Positions 1 to 12,007 of a stretch of 64,000 nucleotides of DNA are shown piece by piece. The position numbers and the translations under genes are program-made. Origin of the DNA: Rhizaria sp. SCN 62-66. Taxonomy: Eukaryota. Location of the stretch: NCBI GenBank assembly GCA_001724265.1, contig MEDY01000075.1:1-64000 (forward strand). Reading direction: 5' to 3'. How positions within the stretch are numbered: the first letter of the stretch is position 1; every line of letters begins with the position of its first letter. The notes beneath the pieces were generated by a model. It saw only the letters and a list, made by a program, of their open reading frames with translations. It searched no databases and had not been told where the DNA came from.

Positions 1-32
1 CCCCCCCACCGCTTCCCCCCGCTCTCGCCCCC

Positions 33-3000
33 ATGTCCCGTAACAAGACTCACTCGTCCCGCGGCTCCGCCGCGCAGCGCTCAGACCCGCACAACGACTG
101 TTTGGACTTGCTGGAGCTGCGTTTCATGCCCCGCATCCCCACTTCTGGCAACGACGTTATGAAGGCCGTTGAGCGCGCGTACTACTACTACATCGACAAC
201 CTCAAGAGCAAGGGTCTCCGCTGCCCCGTAAACTCGCTCAACGCCTTCGCTATGGTGTTTCTCCCGCACGTGAGCGCAGAGCAGTTCACTCCCAGTGCGT
301 TGGACAACCTACTGCAGCAGCACCAGCGCCACGTCAGCACCGTCCCCGTCTACGGCTGCATCCTTCTCGATGCCGCGATGCGCAACGTTGCGTGCATTTA
401 TGCCGTCCAGCAGTGGGCGTTCCCGCGCGGCAAGCTTGAGCCCGGCGAGGATCCCCTGGTCTGCGCTGCCCGCGAAGTGAGCGAAGAGACAGGCTACGAC
501 TGCACTCCGCTCATCAACCCGAGCGAAAGCGTCAGCTACAAGTCCAAGACGGGCAACAAAAGCGTCACGCTTTACGTCGTCGTCGGCGCAGACCGCGACA
601 AGGTCCTCAAGACCTTCACGCGCTCCTACGAGGCGGCTAAACTTAAGTGGTTCCCCGTTGATAAGGTTCCATGCCACGACCATCACATCCGCGCCCCTCT
701 CGAGCAGCTGCGGCTGTGGGCGCTTGATAAGGCCAAGCTCTCGGCCGCGGCCGTCAGCGCCGGCGCGAGCGCGGGCTCACTTGCGCCGCTGGGCGTGAGC
801 GCCGACGTGTCGACGGACTCGCTCGCAGGGCTGTACCCACACGACATCTATGATGTGCGCGGCAGCAGCGGCGGCAGCGTTGCAAACCAGCAGCACAACG
901 GGGGCGGTGGGTTCCACGCGATTACGGTTGACGGCGTGCCGGTGACCGCGCTGTACCAGCGCAACGCGGCCGCGCTGGCTGAGAGCATCAGCACCGCGCT
1001 CAACGCGGACCCCACGGCCGCCAACACTAACAACAACAGCAACAACAACGGTAGTGGTAGCAATGGTAACATCAGCTCGAGTAGCAACAAGGGCCGTGGT
1101 GGTGCCGGCGTCGGCGCCGACCGCTCGCCCGCGACCCGGACTCCCCCAGTCCAGCGCAGCAACAGCGGCTACAACAACAGCGTCGTCGAGACTCTCTCAG
1201 CGCACGACGCGATGACGTTCGGGCTCGCTGAGGGTTCTCTGCAGTCTTATAGCACGGACCAGATGTTCGCTGACGCCGCGGTGCTTGCCGCAGAGTCCGC
1301 CGCAAGCGATAACAATAAGTACTTCTACGCCAACACCGACATCGACACTAACTCTAACTCCAACTCTGGCGCTGGCGCTGGGTCGATGGTTATCGGTCCT
1401 AACGGGCAGTACACAGTGCAGCTCAAGCCCAAGCCCGCCGCGCACGCCAACGTCGCGGCGCGGTCCATCGCTGTGCAGTTGATGCAACAACAAGCTGCTC
1501 ACTGCCACAGCGGACCGCGGCCGACTGCGCGCGGTATCATGAACGCCTTCGCGAAGCTCCGGGACAACGCCGCTTCACTCACTGTCGATGCCGAGGCCGT
1601 TGCAGCCGCAGTCAACGCTCCCCAGAATGCCACTGTTCCGAATGCAAGTTCTGTTTCTGGCGCCGCTGACAGTGCCGCAGTGACCGAGGCACGCGCCGCC
1701 ATCGCCGCTGCCCTCGCGCTGGCGGGCCGCTACGCTGTGACTGGCATGCGCCGTGGCTTCTCGGCTCGGCTGGACGCGGCGCGGAGTAAGGTGGCGACAC
1801 TGAAGGAGATGCTTGCGACTGCGCAGAATGAAGTCGCGGCTGCGGAGGCCGCGGCAGAGGCGTTTGCCTTGATCGCGACCACCGCCGCCTCCAGCAGCAT
1901 TGACAACAACAGCAGCAGCAACAGCAACAACAACGCGACTGCGCCTGAGACGGAGACTGTGCCTGTGAGTGAGGGTGTTTCTGGTACTCATAAGGGTACT
2001 CCTGGTGCCGACGCGTGTGTTCAAGTCGTGCGCGTGCTTGCCGGCCTCTCCGAGAGCGACCTCACGCGCATCGTCGAGACCTTCACGATTGCCACTCAGA
2101 GCAAGAGCATCACGGGCATCAGCGGCAGCAGCAGCGGCAACGGTAAGTGTGCTGCTGGTGGTAGGCGCGCGGGCTCTGGCTCCAGTCTGAAGCTGAAGCC
2201 TGCGGCCGACGCTCCTGCCCCTGCTTCTGCGCCGACTGGAGCGTCTGATGCGACGGGCGACGCTGATGCTGTGGATGGTGAGTCGTCGTCCCTGTCTGCG
2301 TCGCAGGCGTCGCAGTCGTCGCAGTCGTCTGAGGTGTCCGAATCGCAGTCTAACGCGCACTCGCAGCCTCACTCCCAGTCGCAGTCTCTGCAGTCGTCGC
2401 AGGTGCTGAATGAGTCTGAGACGAAGGTTGAGCCTGAGACCGAGTCGAAACCTGATATCGAGGCTAAGGCGGAAGCCACCGCTGAGTCTAAGCCTGAGGC
2501 TGAGACTGAGATCAAGGCTGAGCCTGAGACCGAGTCTAAGGCGGAGACTAACGCTGAGTCTAATGCTAAGGCCGACACTGAGGCTACGCAGTCTGAGACG
2601 ACTGAAACCAAGCCCGAGACGAAGCCTGAGGCTGAGTCAACTGAAGTCAAGCCCTCCGCTAGTGACACGGCCGAGCCCGCCCAGACTGAGTCCGCTGATG
2701 CTAAAGTTGACCCTAAGCCTACCAAGTCTGAGGCTGGTGACGCTAAGGTTGAGGCTGACGCGAAGGCTGAGTCTGATTCTGAGGCTGAGAACGAGTCAAC
2801 AATGACGAGCGCCGTTGATACGGCCGTGTCTGCTTTCTTTGCGACACTCTTCAAGCTAAACATCTCCATCGACACCATCACCACCAACAACACCAACAAC
2901 AACAGCAACACTGTCTCTAGCAGCACTGACACTGCTGAGAAGGAAAAGATCGGCCACGTGACTGACAAGGTGATGATGCTGATGCCGCGCGGCACTGCCG

Positions 3001-4064
3001 TCACGCCCGGCGACGCCAACAGCATTCAAATTGCAGCCGCTTTACTCGAGCGCCGTATCGCCAAGGTCACCAAGCCGTTCTCGATGTCGTGGGAGCTCAT
3101 CCAGGCGTCCACCCCGTCCGACACGCTCATCAACCTGCAGACTGCGGTGGACGACGCGCTGGCGGCGTTCGCGGCCTCACAATCGCAGTTGCGCCACGCC
3201 GCCGCGCTCGCGCTCGCGTCGAAGCGCAACAAGGGCCCCACGAGTACCGGGGGCGCCGCCGGGCTCACGGTCACGGGTTCCAACCCCCCGAGGCACAGCC
3301 CCTGCGCGTCACCGCTTGCCGGCCCCGCCACCGCCACCGCCAGTGCCACTACAACCGCTCTCGCTCTTGCGGCGTCACCGTCGGCGGCGTCGCCGGTCTA
3401 CGCGTCCACCGTCGCCGCGGCCCCTGTGGTGAACCCCAACGGGACTGTGAGCATGGGGTCTGGGTTCGTCCGTCTTGCGCCCGCCAACGTCTCCCCTGGC
3501 ACCTCCGTCAACAGCTCAGCCGCGACTGCGGCTGCGGGCGCGATCGCGCCCGCAGCGGTGTCGTCGGCGGTCTCGGTTGACCTGCTGGCTGAGATGTTCC
3601 CCGCCGCCGCCAGCAGCAACAGCAGTCACGGTGCCAGGAGCTCGGGCGCTATGGCTCCGAATCGCGCGAGCGCGAGTGCGAGCGCGAGCAGTGGTGTGAG
3701 CAGCGGTATCGTGTTCACCGGGAGTCTCGCTGCACAGGCGCCCACGGCGGCGATGTCGATGGACTCGAGCAACATTCTCAACGACATCTTCGCTGTCGGA
3801 GGCAGCAGTGAGAGTGCGCATGATGCGGCGATGATGATGCCGCTTGACCCTGCGGTTGCGGCGTACGCTGACCAGCAGCATCACCAGATGCTGGGATATG
3901 CGCCGTCATTGACTCTCGCTGCTGCCTCTGTCTCCGCTCCTGCCGGTGCTCCAGCTGCTGGTGTTGCTGTCGTGCCTGGAGCGGTGCCTGCGCCGACGCC
4001 GGCCAAGGCGGCTGCGAATGCGAAGCTTAAGATGCTCAAGATGCTTGCGAAGGGCGCCAACTAA
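33..4064 (+). CDS. DCP2: mRNA decapping enzyme Dcp2 (Box A + Nudix domain) with a very long low-complexity C-terminal extension
   Basis: Intronless 1343-aa ORF. Box A-like LDLLELRF...VERAYYYYID, then VPVYGCILLD, WAFPRGK and the Nudix box GKLEPGEDPLVCAAREVSEETG. Ends TAA. Confidence 0.9.
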   Translation: MSRNKTHSSRGSAAQRSDPHNDCLDLLELRFMPRIPTSGNDVMKAVERAYYYYIDNLKSKGLRCPVNSLNAFAMVFLPHVSAEQFTPSALDNLLQQHQRHVSTVPVYGCILLDAAMRNVACIYAVQQWAFPRGKLEPGEDPLVCAAREVSEETGYDCTPLINPSESVSYKSKTGNKSVTLYVVVGADRDKVLKTFTRSYEAAKLKWFPVDKVPCHDHHIRAPLEQLRLWALDKAKLSAAAVSAGASAGSLAPLGVSADVSTDSLAGLYPHDIYDVRGSSGGSVANQQHNGGGGFHAITVDGVPVTALYQRNAAALAESISTALNADPTAANTNNNSNNNGSGSNGNISSSSNKGRGGAGVGADRSPATRTPPVQRSNSGYNNSVVETLSAHDAMTFGLAEGSLQSYSTDQMFADAAVLAAESAASDNNKYFYANTDIDTNSNSNSGAGAGSMVIGPNGQYTVQLKPKPAAHANVAARSIAVQLMQQQAAHCHSGPRPTARGIMNAFAKLRDNAASLTVDAEAVAAAVNAPQNATVPNASSVSGAADSAAVTEARAAIAAALALAGRYAVTGMRRGFSARLDAARSKVATLKEMLATAQNEVAAAEAAAEAFALIATTAASSSIDNNSSSNSNNNATAPETETVPVSEGVSGTHKGTPGADACVQVVRVLAGLSESDLTRIVETFTIATQSKSITGISGSSSGNGKCAAGGRRAGSGSSLKLKPAADAPAPASAPTGASDATGDADAVDGESSSLSASQASQSSQSSEVSESQSNAHSQPHSQSQSLQSSQVLNESETKVEPETESKPDIEAKAEATAESKPEAETEIKAEPETESKAETNAESNAKADTEATQSETTETKPETKPEAESTEVKPSASDTAEPAQTESADAKVDPKPTKSEAGDAKVEADAKAESDSEAENESTMTSAVDTAVSAFFATLFKLNISIDTITTNNTNNNSNTVSSSTDTAEKEKIGHVTDKVMMLMPRGTAVTPGDANSIQIAAALLERRIAKVTKPFSMSWELIQASTPSDTLINLQTAVDDALAAFAASQSQLRHAAALALASKRNKGPTSTGGAAGLTVTGSNPPRHSPCASPLAGPATATASATTTALALAASPSAASPVYASTVAAAPVVNPNGTVSMGSGFVRLAPANVSPGTSVNSSAATAAAGAIAPAAVSSAVSVDLLAEMFPAAASSNSSHGARSSGAMAPNRASASASASSGVSSGIVFTGSLAAQAPTAAMSMDSSNILNDIFAVGGSSESAHDAAMMMPLDPAVAAYADQQHHQMLGYAPSLTLAAASVSAPAGAPAAGVAVVPGAVPAPTPAKAAANAKLKMLKMLAKGAN

Positions 4065-4771
4065 GTACCCCTTCGCGAGAATCTAAGTGTGTGCTCGTGT
4101 GTGAGTGCTCAAGTGATAGTGGTGAGCAATGTGTTTGCTAAGAGCTTCATAGAAGCATTTTTGTGCACCCTTGCCTTTTGAGGACTATTCTACAGTCACA
4201 CGCGGAGCAGCATCTTTTCGCTCCACTATTTTTGTTTCTGTTTTTGTTTGTTTTCTTTCTTTGATTGCACTTAATCCAATCCAAAGCATTTGAAGCTACG
4301 AAAAAATATGTGCTATCAACTAAAGCGTTCCCTATTACATCACAGGCGTATGAGGACTTCTTACGTTGCAGATATGTGTTCTTATTACGCCGAGTGACTT
4401 TGAGCAATGTGTTTAGCTGACGCAACACCGCACCCCCGTTTTGGTATGCTCGTCCGAGGATCGACACCATTGTTCAATACATTATGCTCTGTTAGCAAGC
4501 GATATAAACGCAGTTGTCGATTGAAGTCCTATTTTATTAAGTTTCGTGAATATTTACTTTGATATAGCGTATAAATAACTTTAATAATGTGTTAAAAGAA
4601 CAGTAAGCTCCATACACGTTTGAGCAAATGAACTTGCATCATATGCATCACACAGCAACGCACGTGGTTGGCGAAGAATGTGACACCGGCGTAGTCACAA
4701 CGCTGACTCGTCACCAATACACTGTGATCAGAGAATGTGTCTGCAACAGTAAGCGCAGCTGCACAGTCAAG

Positions 4772-7700
4772 TTACTCGCTGTTGCGCGGAAAACTGACTG
4801 CAGCCATTAACGCTGCGACGTCGGCATCTGGACTGCACAGTGGCCGGCCAAAATGCAGCAAGAAGTTGTAGACATACGCATACGGGAGCGAGTCAAGACT
4901 GCCTTCGTTGACACTCGCCCAAGCGTTGCTCACGTCACTCGCATGCACATTCACACCCACTCGCGCATTCACATTTACGCTCACACTCGCAGTGTTAGCC
5001 GCGCTAGCGAGCGCAGCAGCAGAGTCGGCGGCAGTGCCATGAATATGAGTAATATGCGTCTTCTTGTCGCCGTTCTAGGTCGTGCTTGTGCCGTTGCTGC
5101 TACGAGCACTGAAATCGCTGCTGTTGTGGAGCGTTGTGTGATTGCTGATATTGAGCGAAGCACGCGTCTGTGCCAGCACGGCCTGGATCGAGCCCGCCAC
5201 AACATCGTCATAATACGGGTCCGCATACAGCGAGGACGCGCCCAGCGACAGGACATCATCAGCCGCCGGTCCCAGCGCCTGTGCCCACAGCCGCAACGCA
5301 GACTCCGGCAGCGCCCAGTGACCGAGGGAGGATGGGTGGCGCGCGGCGAGCTGCGGCTCGGGGTCAGGAAGCCACGTGTTATGACTTACATTCCCATTCG
5401 CGCTTGCGCTGGCGTTGTTCACGCTGCTGCAGCTAATGCTGTTGCTGCTGTTGCTGACGTTGTTGCTGCGAGGGATCGTGAGGAGGTTGAGGTTGATATG
5501 TTCGCGGCTGTGGCGGGACGCTAAGGCCGACCACGCTGCTGCTGCAGCTGCTGCTGAATGGGCCGCGATCACAGGCACCGAATTTGCAACGTTGTTACGC
5601 ATCATCGCAGAGTCAGAGTTGCAATTCACGTCAGTGTCATCAGTTGCACTGGCAGCACGAGAGTCGGCGCGGCTTACATTCCCCGCAGTACTTAGACGCG
5701 CGGCCTCAGCAGCCCAGAGCTTGCTCCGGCGATTACGCACAGCGCGTCCCCTGCGCAACACGCCCTCGGCCCACCGCACGTCGGCACTTACATGCGAAGC
5801 ACTTACATCCGAGACACTTACATTCGAGGCACTTGAACCCGAAGCACTAACCTCGTAAGTGCTTGCATTCGCATCTGAGGCGTCCGAGCTAGTGTTACGC
5901 GTGGAGGCGCTCGTGTAGGTGATATTATTGTTGGTATTGGAGTAGTACTGAGACGGCACAGGGTGTAACGAGGGGTCAGTCGACCACAGAGTCGCATGCC
6001 ACTGTGGCAACGGCACGCCGTCACCAGTCTCCATCTCCACTGCATCTGCTGTTGCTGCTGCTGTTGCTGTTGCCGCTGTTGCTGTTGCTGTTGTTGCTTG
6101 CTTAAGAACACGAGCCCTCGCCTGTGCATGTGCTTTGGCTTTGGCTTTCTCGCCAATCTTGGTCTTGACTTGACGCAACACAGTGGCAAGCAAGCGCAGT
6201 GCAGGGGAGACACTCGTTGCAGAGTACACCAGAGAGCCCGGTACCGTGGAAGTTAAGCCGCTAAAAGTGGAGCCGTCAGCGCTCAAACGAGGCGGTGCAA
6301 AGAGATCAGTGGAGTAGTAGTACAACACTAGACGCGTATACTCTTGCAAAACCCTACACAAAGCGTCAGAAAACAAAACAACTCGAAACAATACGTGAGA
6401 TCCCATAGGAAGGAAAAGAGTACCGCAAATAATTGCTATGTGAACGATTAGAGACGATAGAGAGTTAGACGTACGAAAAGAGAGAGACAATGGGCTTTGC
6501 AGGCGCTAAGATGACCCCAGGCGCAGACAGTGCCGCTGTCGTCACCGCCACCAGCTGCTGCTGCTGCTGCAACTCCTGCTGCTCCTCCAGGTCAGAGTCA
6601 CGCGTACTGGTACCGTGTACCGCATGAGCACCACGTGTACCCGGTGTGATCACCGTCGCGCCACGGTGTCGCAGCGTGAGCGCTAGCCGGGGGTCGAGCA
6701 GGAGCCCACGGCCTAGCACGACGGCCTCAACAGCACCCGTAGCCTCAGCAGCAACGGCAGCGGGACGAACATCAACAGCTGCAGCAGTAGTGCCCTGTGC
6801 GGCAGGGACAGAGCCGTCACAGTGCGCGTTTGAGACGGGGGAGCTGCTCTGAGCTGCTGAGACTGCCGCGGCAACCTGCGACGCTGCGACAAAGCCGCCG
6901 TTGAGCCGCAGCGCAGGCACAATGACAGCCACTGGCGCCTTAGACGCACACCCGTGTGAGTCAGCCGTCGGTGTTGCTGCCAAAGAGGGTTCCGTGTCTG
7001 TGCGCGCGAGTGCGAGTGAAGGCCAAAGCATGGGGGAGATACAGCCTTGGCCAGTGCTCGCAATGACGTCCTCCAAAGCACGGGCGTGCGCAAACGCTGT
7101 GTCAACGCCGTCGGCGGTCGCGGAGGCGGCTAAGTGGGCGTACTCAACGCTGCCGGGCGCGGCGGCGCGTGTGTCTGCAGCGTGCACAGTCACTGAATCA
7201 AAGTTAAGCCGCGGGAGCAGTGCGGCGGCGGCGGCGGCGCGCGCTGCGTGTGACGCGCCCGGTAAGCGGAGCTTGAGTGAGATGGGGATGCGCAAGTGGG
7301 AGCGTAAGGCAGCGGCGGAAGCGTTGAGCTGTGAAACGCAGGCCTCAGCCTCTGGAGTGAGAGTATACTGCGCAGCTGCAGTCCGTACGTGCAGGGGCTG
7401 CACTGCGGCTAGGTCAGAGACAGCGCCAGCGCTAGAGCGCGCGAGAGAGCTAGAATCAGAGATTTTGCTTGAGACGGCGTTCGCGAACGAATACTCTGGA
7501 CCTTTACGATGCTGCTGCGGAGCTTGCTGTTGATCTGGCGCGCTCAAACTAGCTCCGGAAAGCGCACCACTAGAGTTAAACGGGGTTGCATGGGCTGTTA
7601 AGAGTACCGGACTGGGTAGCGCCAATCCAGGAAGGTCGATCGTGATCTGAATCTCAGCCGGCAGCGGCGCCCGTAGACGCCACAGCGCCGCGAGCCTCCG

Positions 7701-7931
7701 CGCCTCCACCACCGTCGCGGGAGGCGTAATCTGCACAATAGTCGGCGCGGCGGCGGGGTCCGAGGTGGCCTTGTGCCAGGCAACAAGGTCGTCGCGGAGC
7801 AGAGCGGCGGTGTTGACGCGTTCGGATGTGGTGAGGTCGGCGCCGAGGGTGAACCAGAGAGCGCGGGCGGCGCGGTCACTCACGCCCTCGAAGGGCGCAG
7901 ATATCAGCCGGATACAGCTGTTTCGCTGCAT
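4772..7931 (-). CDS. Degenerate tRNA-dihydrouridine synthase (Dus)-like TIM-barrel protein; exons 7931-6475 and 6353-4772, with an in-frame TAG at 5075-5077
   Basis: Dus-like motifs in order: LISAPFEGVSD..R....GADLTTSERV, IVQI, IPISLKLRL, DSVTVHA, AVVLGRGLLLDP. A GTACG...TGTAG intron (6474-6354) keeps the frame. The frame stays open 100 codons past the TAG to TAA at 4772-4774. Confidence 0.65.
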
Positions 7932-8361
7932 AAGTTACTGTTTTCCAAGGTAACGCACGAAAAAAGCGCGGTACTGGAGCAAGAATGCTATTGACGGAAA
8001 ATTCACAGAGGTTGGGCCATCTGCAGAGTTGCTCTCTTTGAGGTCGGTCGCGGTCGGCTTGGCTATTTTTAGGAACAGCTGGCTGAGGCGAAGCGAGTTG
8101 CATTTGTGGCAGCGGCGTCAGCGAACTAGTTGGGTTGGGGAGAATGAGATACTTCGCACGAATGGCCCATGGTGTTGTTTACTCTGAATGCAGATGGAGC
8201 ATTTTTGCAGTAATGCATATTTTCTCACTCTTAGTTCCCTTCATTGTGTTTATTTTGTAGGAAACCGGCCGCTTCTTTGCTCCCCCCTCTCGTCCCTCGT
8301 CTCCCTTTCCCTTCGTGCCCTGTTTCAGCGTTCTTCCCCGGCGCCTCACCGCACGTAACGC

Positions 8362-11300
8362 ATGTCGACCGAGAGCGATGACGGGTGGCAGCTTGTGAAC
8401 GCGAAGAAAAAGGTCGCGCCCGCCGCCCCTTCTGGGCAGTCCTCCGGCCACGGGATCGATGCCAACAAAGGCAGCAACGCCAACGCGTCCAACAACAATA
8501 ACAACAACAAGAAGCAGCAGGGTGGCCCCTCGCGCACCGGCACTGCGAACAACCGTGACATTGCGCGCATGTCCTCGCCCGGCGCGGCCTCGGTCAAGAG
8601 CACCTCTTCCAAGGCCGGCGGCGGCGGCGGCAACCAGAACAACAAGCAGGGCAATGGGAAGAGCGGTGGCAAGAGTGCCTACAAGTTCAACAACGGTGGC
8701 ACGGCCGCTCCCAACCAGTGGCGTGACGCTGATAAGGGTATGTTTCACACTCTCTCGCACCGCAACACTCTTCTTTCATGAACGTATATCCGAGTAATCT
8801 CTGCTTTGCGGCTCGTTTCATCTCGATCACATGAGACTCATTTTCCTCCTCTCATTCTCATCTCATTCCTTTATATCTCTCCACTTTCTCGCCATCTCGT
8901 GCTCTCGTACAGCTGGCAACAAGAACAAGAACAACCAGAACAAGCCCAAGGCCCCCAAGCCCGCCGCGGCCGCCTCTGCCCCCAACAAGCCCTCCGCTGC
9001 CGCCTCCGCAGACTCTGCCGCCGCCGCCTCCTCCACCGCCGCCGCCGCCCCTGCTACTGCGGCTGCTGCCGAGGCTGAGGACAACGACGACAACGACGAC
9101 GGCGAGGATGACGACCATGGCAGCAGCGACTACGAGGACGACTCAGAGTTTTCTGATGACGCCAACGACTACTCCGACGACGACGACAACGACGACAACG
9201 CCGAGACGGCCACTCAGGCCAGCACCGCCAACACGCACGCCTCCGCCACCGCCGCCGCGGCCGCCGCCGCCGCCTCTGCCGCCGCCGCTGCCGCCGCCGC
9301 CGCCGCTATCAACGTCGCCGTCAAGCCTCAGAAGCCTACTATCCCCGCCATCCTCGCATCCGACAGCACAGCAACCAGCGCGAATGCGAGTGCACGGCCT
9401 GAGGATGCGCCGTTGCGCGCGGTGACCGTGCCCGTCGGCATCTACCTCCACCCAGGCCACCAGCTCAAGTCGAAGCTCATCGCGGAAGGTCTCAGTCAGC
9501 CCCCGTCCCAGACGACCAAGACGCTCTCCGCTGCCGCGATCGAGTCCGCTGTCGCTGCCGGTGTGTTGAAGCGTACGGCGACGACGGGCGCGCTGGTCAA
9601 GGGCAACGGCATCCCTCTCAAGCACCACCACCCGAGCGGCGCCGCGTCCGCCGGCAACCTTACCGCCTCCGCCGCTGCCGCTGCTGGGGGTGCCGGTGGA
9701 GCCACGGCCGGCACGCCCGGCGTAGCCGACGGCGCGACCGCGACGGGCGACGTGGTGACTGTGATCGCGCCCTCCGCGGCGCCGAGCCGGACTCACACCG
9801 GCGGCGGCGGCGTCCCGCACAAGAAGGGCACGCCCGGTGTGTTCAAGAACCGCGACCGGCCGCTTGACATCGACTGGCGGCGGGGCGATACGCCTGTCAT
9901 CGAGAAGGGCAACAAAGCCAACAACAACGCGAACAAGCAGGGCGGGGGCAAGAGCGAGAACAACAAGAACGCTAACAACAACAACAACAACAACAACAAC
10001 AATAATAGTAAGAAGGGTGGAGCGAAGTCGGCCGCCTCGAGCGCGGCTCCGTCCCGCACGCAGACTGCCAACAACGCTGCTGGCGCGATCACACTCGCGT
10101 CTGCTGCTCCCTCCGCCTCCGCCTCCGCCTCCGCTGCGAGCAACAACAACAGCAACAACAAACATGCGAGCCCGTCGAAGCAGCCTGAGCAGTCCAACAC
10201 CGAGACCGCCTCAGGCTCTGGCGCTGGCGCTGGCTCTGCCAATGCTGACGTGACAGTGTTGAGCTTCTCGCCCTCTGTCCCCGCCACGGGCGCAGTGCCG
10301 GGCGCGGCCGACGTCGTCGTCGAGGAAACCGCCTCCGTCGCCGCCTCTGTCGCCGCCTCCGTCACCGCCTCTGTGGCCGCGTCTGTGACGGCGACAGAGG
10401 CGGCGTCTGGCGGCAACCAGAGCCGCAGTGTCGCATCCGCGTCGCCGTCCCCGTCGCCCGCCGCCACTGCCACCGCCGCCGCCGCCGCCGCTCCTGCCGC
10501 CGCTGCTGCTGCCGCTGACTCGATTGCGACTGTGACTGAGACTCAGGGTGGTGATTTAAACGCTGCGGCGGTCTGTGCCAAGGCTGAGTCACACTCTGGC
10601 AACACCGCTACCAACTCTCACAACAACAACAACACCGACAATGCTCACTCTGCGATGACTGCCTCTGCGTCGTCTGTTTCTTCCAACGCTACCTCTGCGA
10701 ACACTGCTGCTCCTGCCGCTGTCTCGGCCTCTGTTTCTGCCACTGCTGGCGCCGAGAAGGCTGCTGCCTCTGCTGCTGCTGTTTGCAAGAGCGACAAGAA
10801 CAACAAGAAGACGGAGACTGCGCCTGAGAGCGCCGCTGCGAGCGCTAACGGTGGTGAGACTCCATGTGAGAGTGCGAGTGGTAGCGCCGGCCACGTGACT
10901 GCCCAGATCGCCAACAACAGCAAGCCTGTGATCAACAACAACAGCAGCAGCAACGCTCAGCAGCAGCAGCAGCAGAAGCATAAGAATGCGACAACTGCAT
11001 CTGCGTCGAGTGAGAGTGCGTCCGCGGTCGTCGGCGACGCCAGCGACAGCGACGGCGACGAGCCCGCCGCCTCCGCCGCCGCCGCTAGCGCCAAGCCCGC
11101 TGCCGCCAACAACAACAGCAAGGCTAAGGGGGCCAACGCTGCTGCTGCTGCTGCTGCTGCGGCCAACGCCAAGAAGGCTGACGACACCTCGAGGAAGCCC
11201 TCGGCGACCGCGAACGACAAGAACGGCAAAAAAGCTGGCTCTGCTGGCGGCGCTGCCACCGCTGGCGCAGGCGGTGCGACAGCGACCGTGGCTGCAGCGG

Positions 11301-11401
11301 CAGCGGATCCTTTCTCCGGGGATAAGAGCAACTTGTACTTACAGGTCGCAGTTGGCGTGTGTGTGCTTGCACTCACGCTGCGCATTCTTGGCCTCATCTA
11401 A
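8362..11401 (+). CDS. Low-complexity Ala/Asn/Ser-rich protein with a C-terminal transmembrane helix (tail-anchored); exons 8362-8737 and 8913-11401
   Basis: A GTATG...TACAG phase-1 intron joins the two ORFs. Acidic tract present. C-terminus is LYLQVAVGVCVLALTLRILGLI-TAA. No family recognised. Confidence 0.75.
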
Positions 11402-11946
11402 GTACTTCTCGTCTAAGTACGACCAGTCTAAGTATGACAAGTCATACTAGTGCGAGTAGCGCTAAGTAATTCGTTGCTAGTCTCTAAGCTTACAAACAAA
11501 GTCTAAGTAGCTCCTGTTGAGTTGTGTGAACTGAACAATGTTTCAAAGCGTACGGATTGATCTCGTCGCTGTCGTGATGTGCGGATTTGTTTGGGTGTGT
11601 ATAATAGTCGTACACGCCGTTCGTAACTGCAATAGTGCGTTTTTTGTTCCTTTACTTTTCTTTTTCTTTGCTTTCTCTCTACTCTCTATCACTAGCGACT
11701 GCGGTAAACTCCGTTCTTACGACAACTAACTAACTGTAAGTCTGTGTAATTATCCCGCGTATCACTGTCGTTAGTTTGAATAACAATATCAACAACAACT
11801 ACAACAATAATCTCGTGTAACAGTCTTCCAATACGTAGTGTACATAGTGTTATTGAACATGAGCAAGAACAAGAACACAGTCTTGTGTCTATATTCGTTG
11901 CACTAGTTATATCCACATTTGACCTTGTACCCCTCGTAAAGCTATA

Positions 11947-11947
<1 letters not shown>

Positions 11948-11989
<42 letters not shown>

Positions 11990-12007
11990 CGATGATGATG
12001 ACGATAA
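11948..12007. repeat. (GAT/ATC)n trinucleotide microsatellite, intergenic
   Basis: About 20 near-perfect TGA/GAT units in AT-rich DNA between two convergent genes. Confidence 0.9.

Noticed and set aside
11398-11510. CRISPR-like spaced repeats
   Set aside because: The repeat unit is only 6-8 nt with irregular short spacers, the context is eukaryotic, and no cas genes are present.
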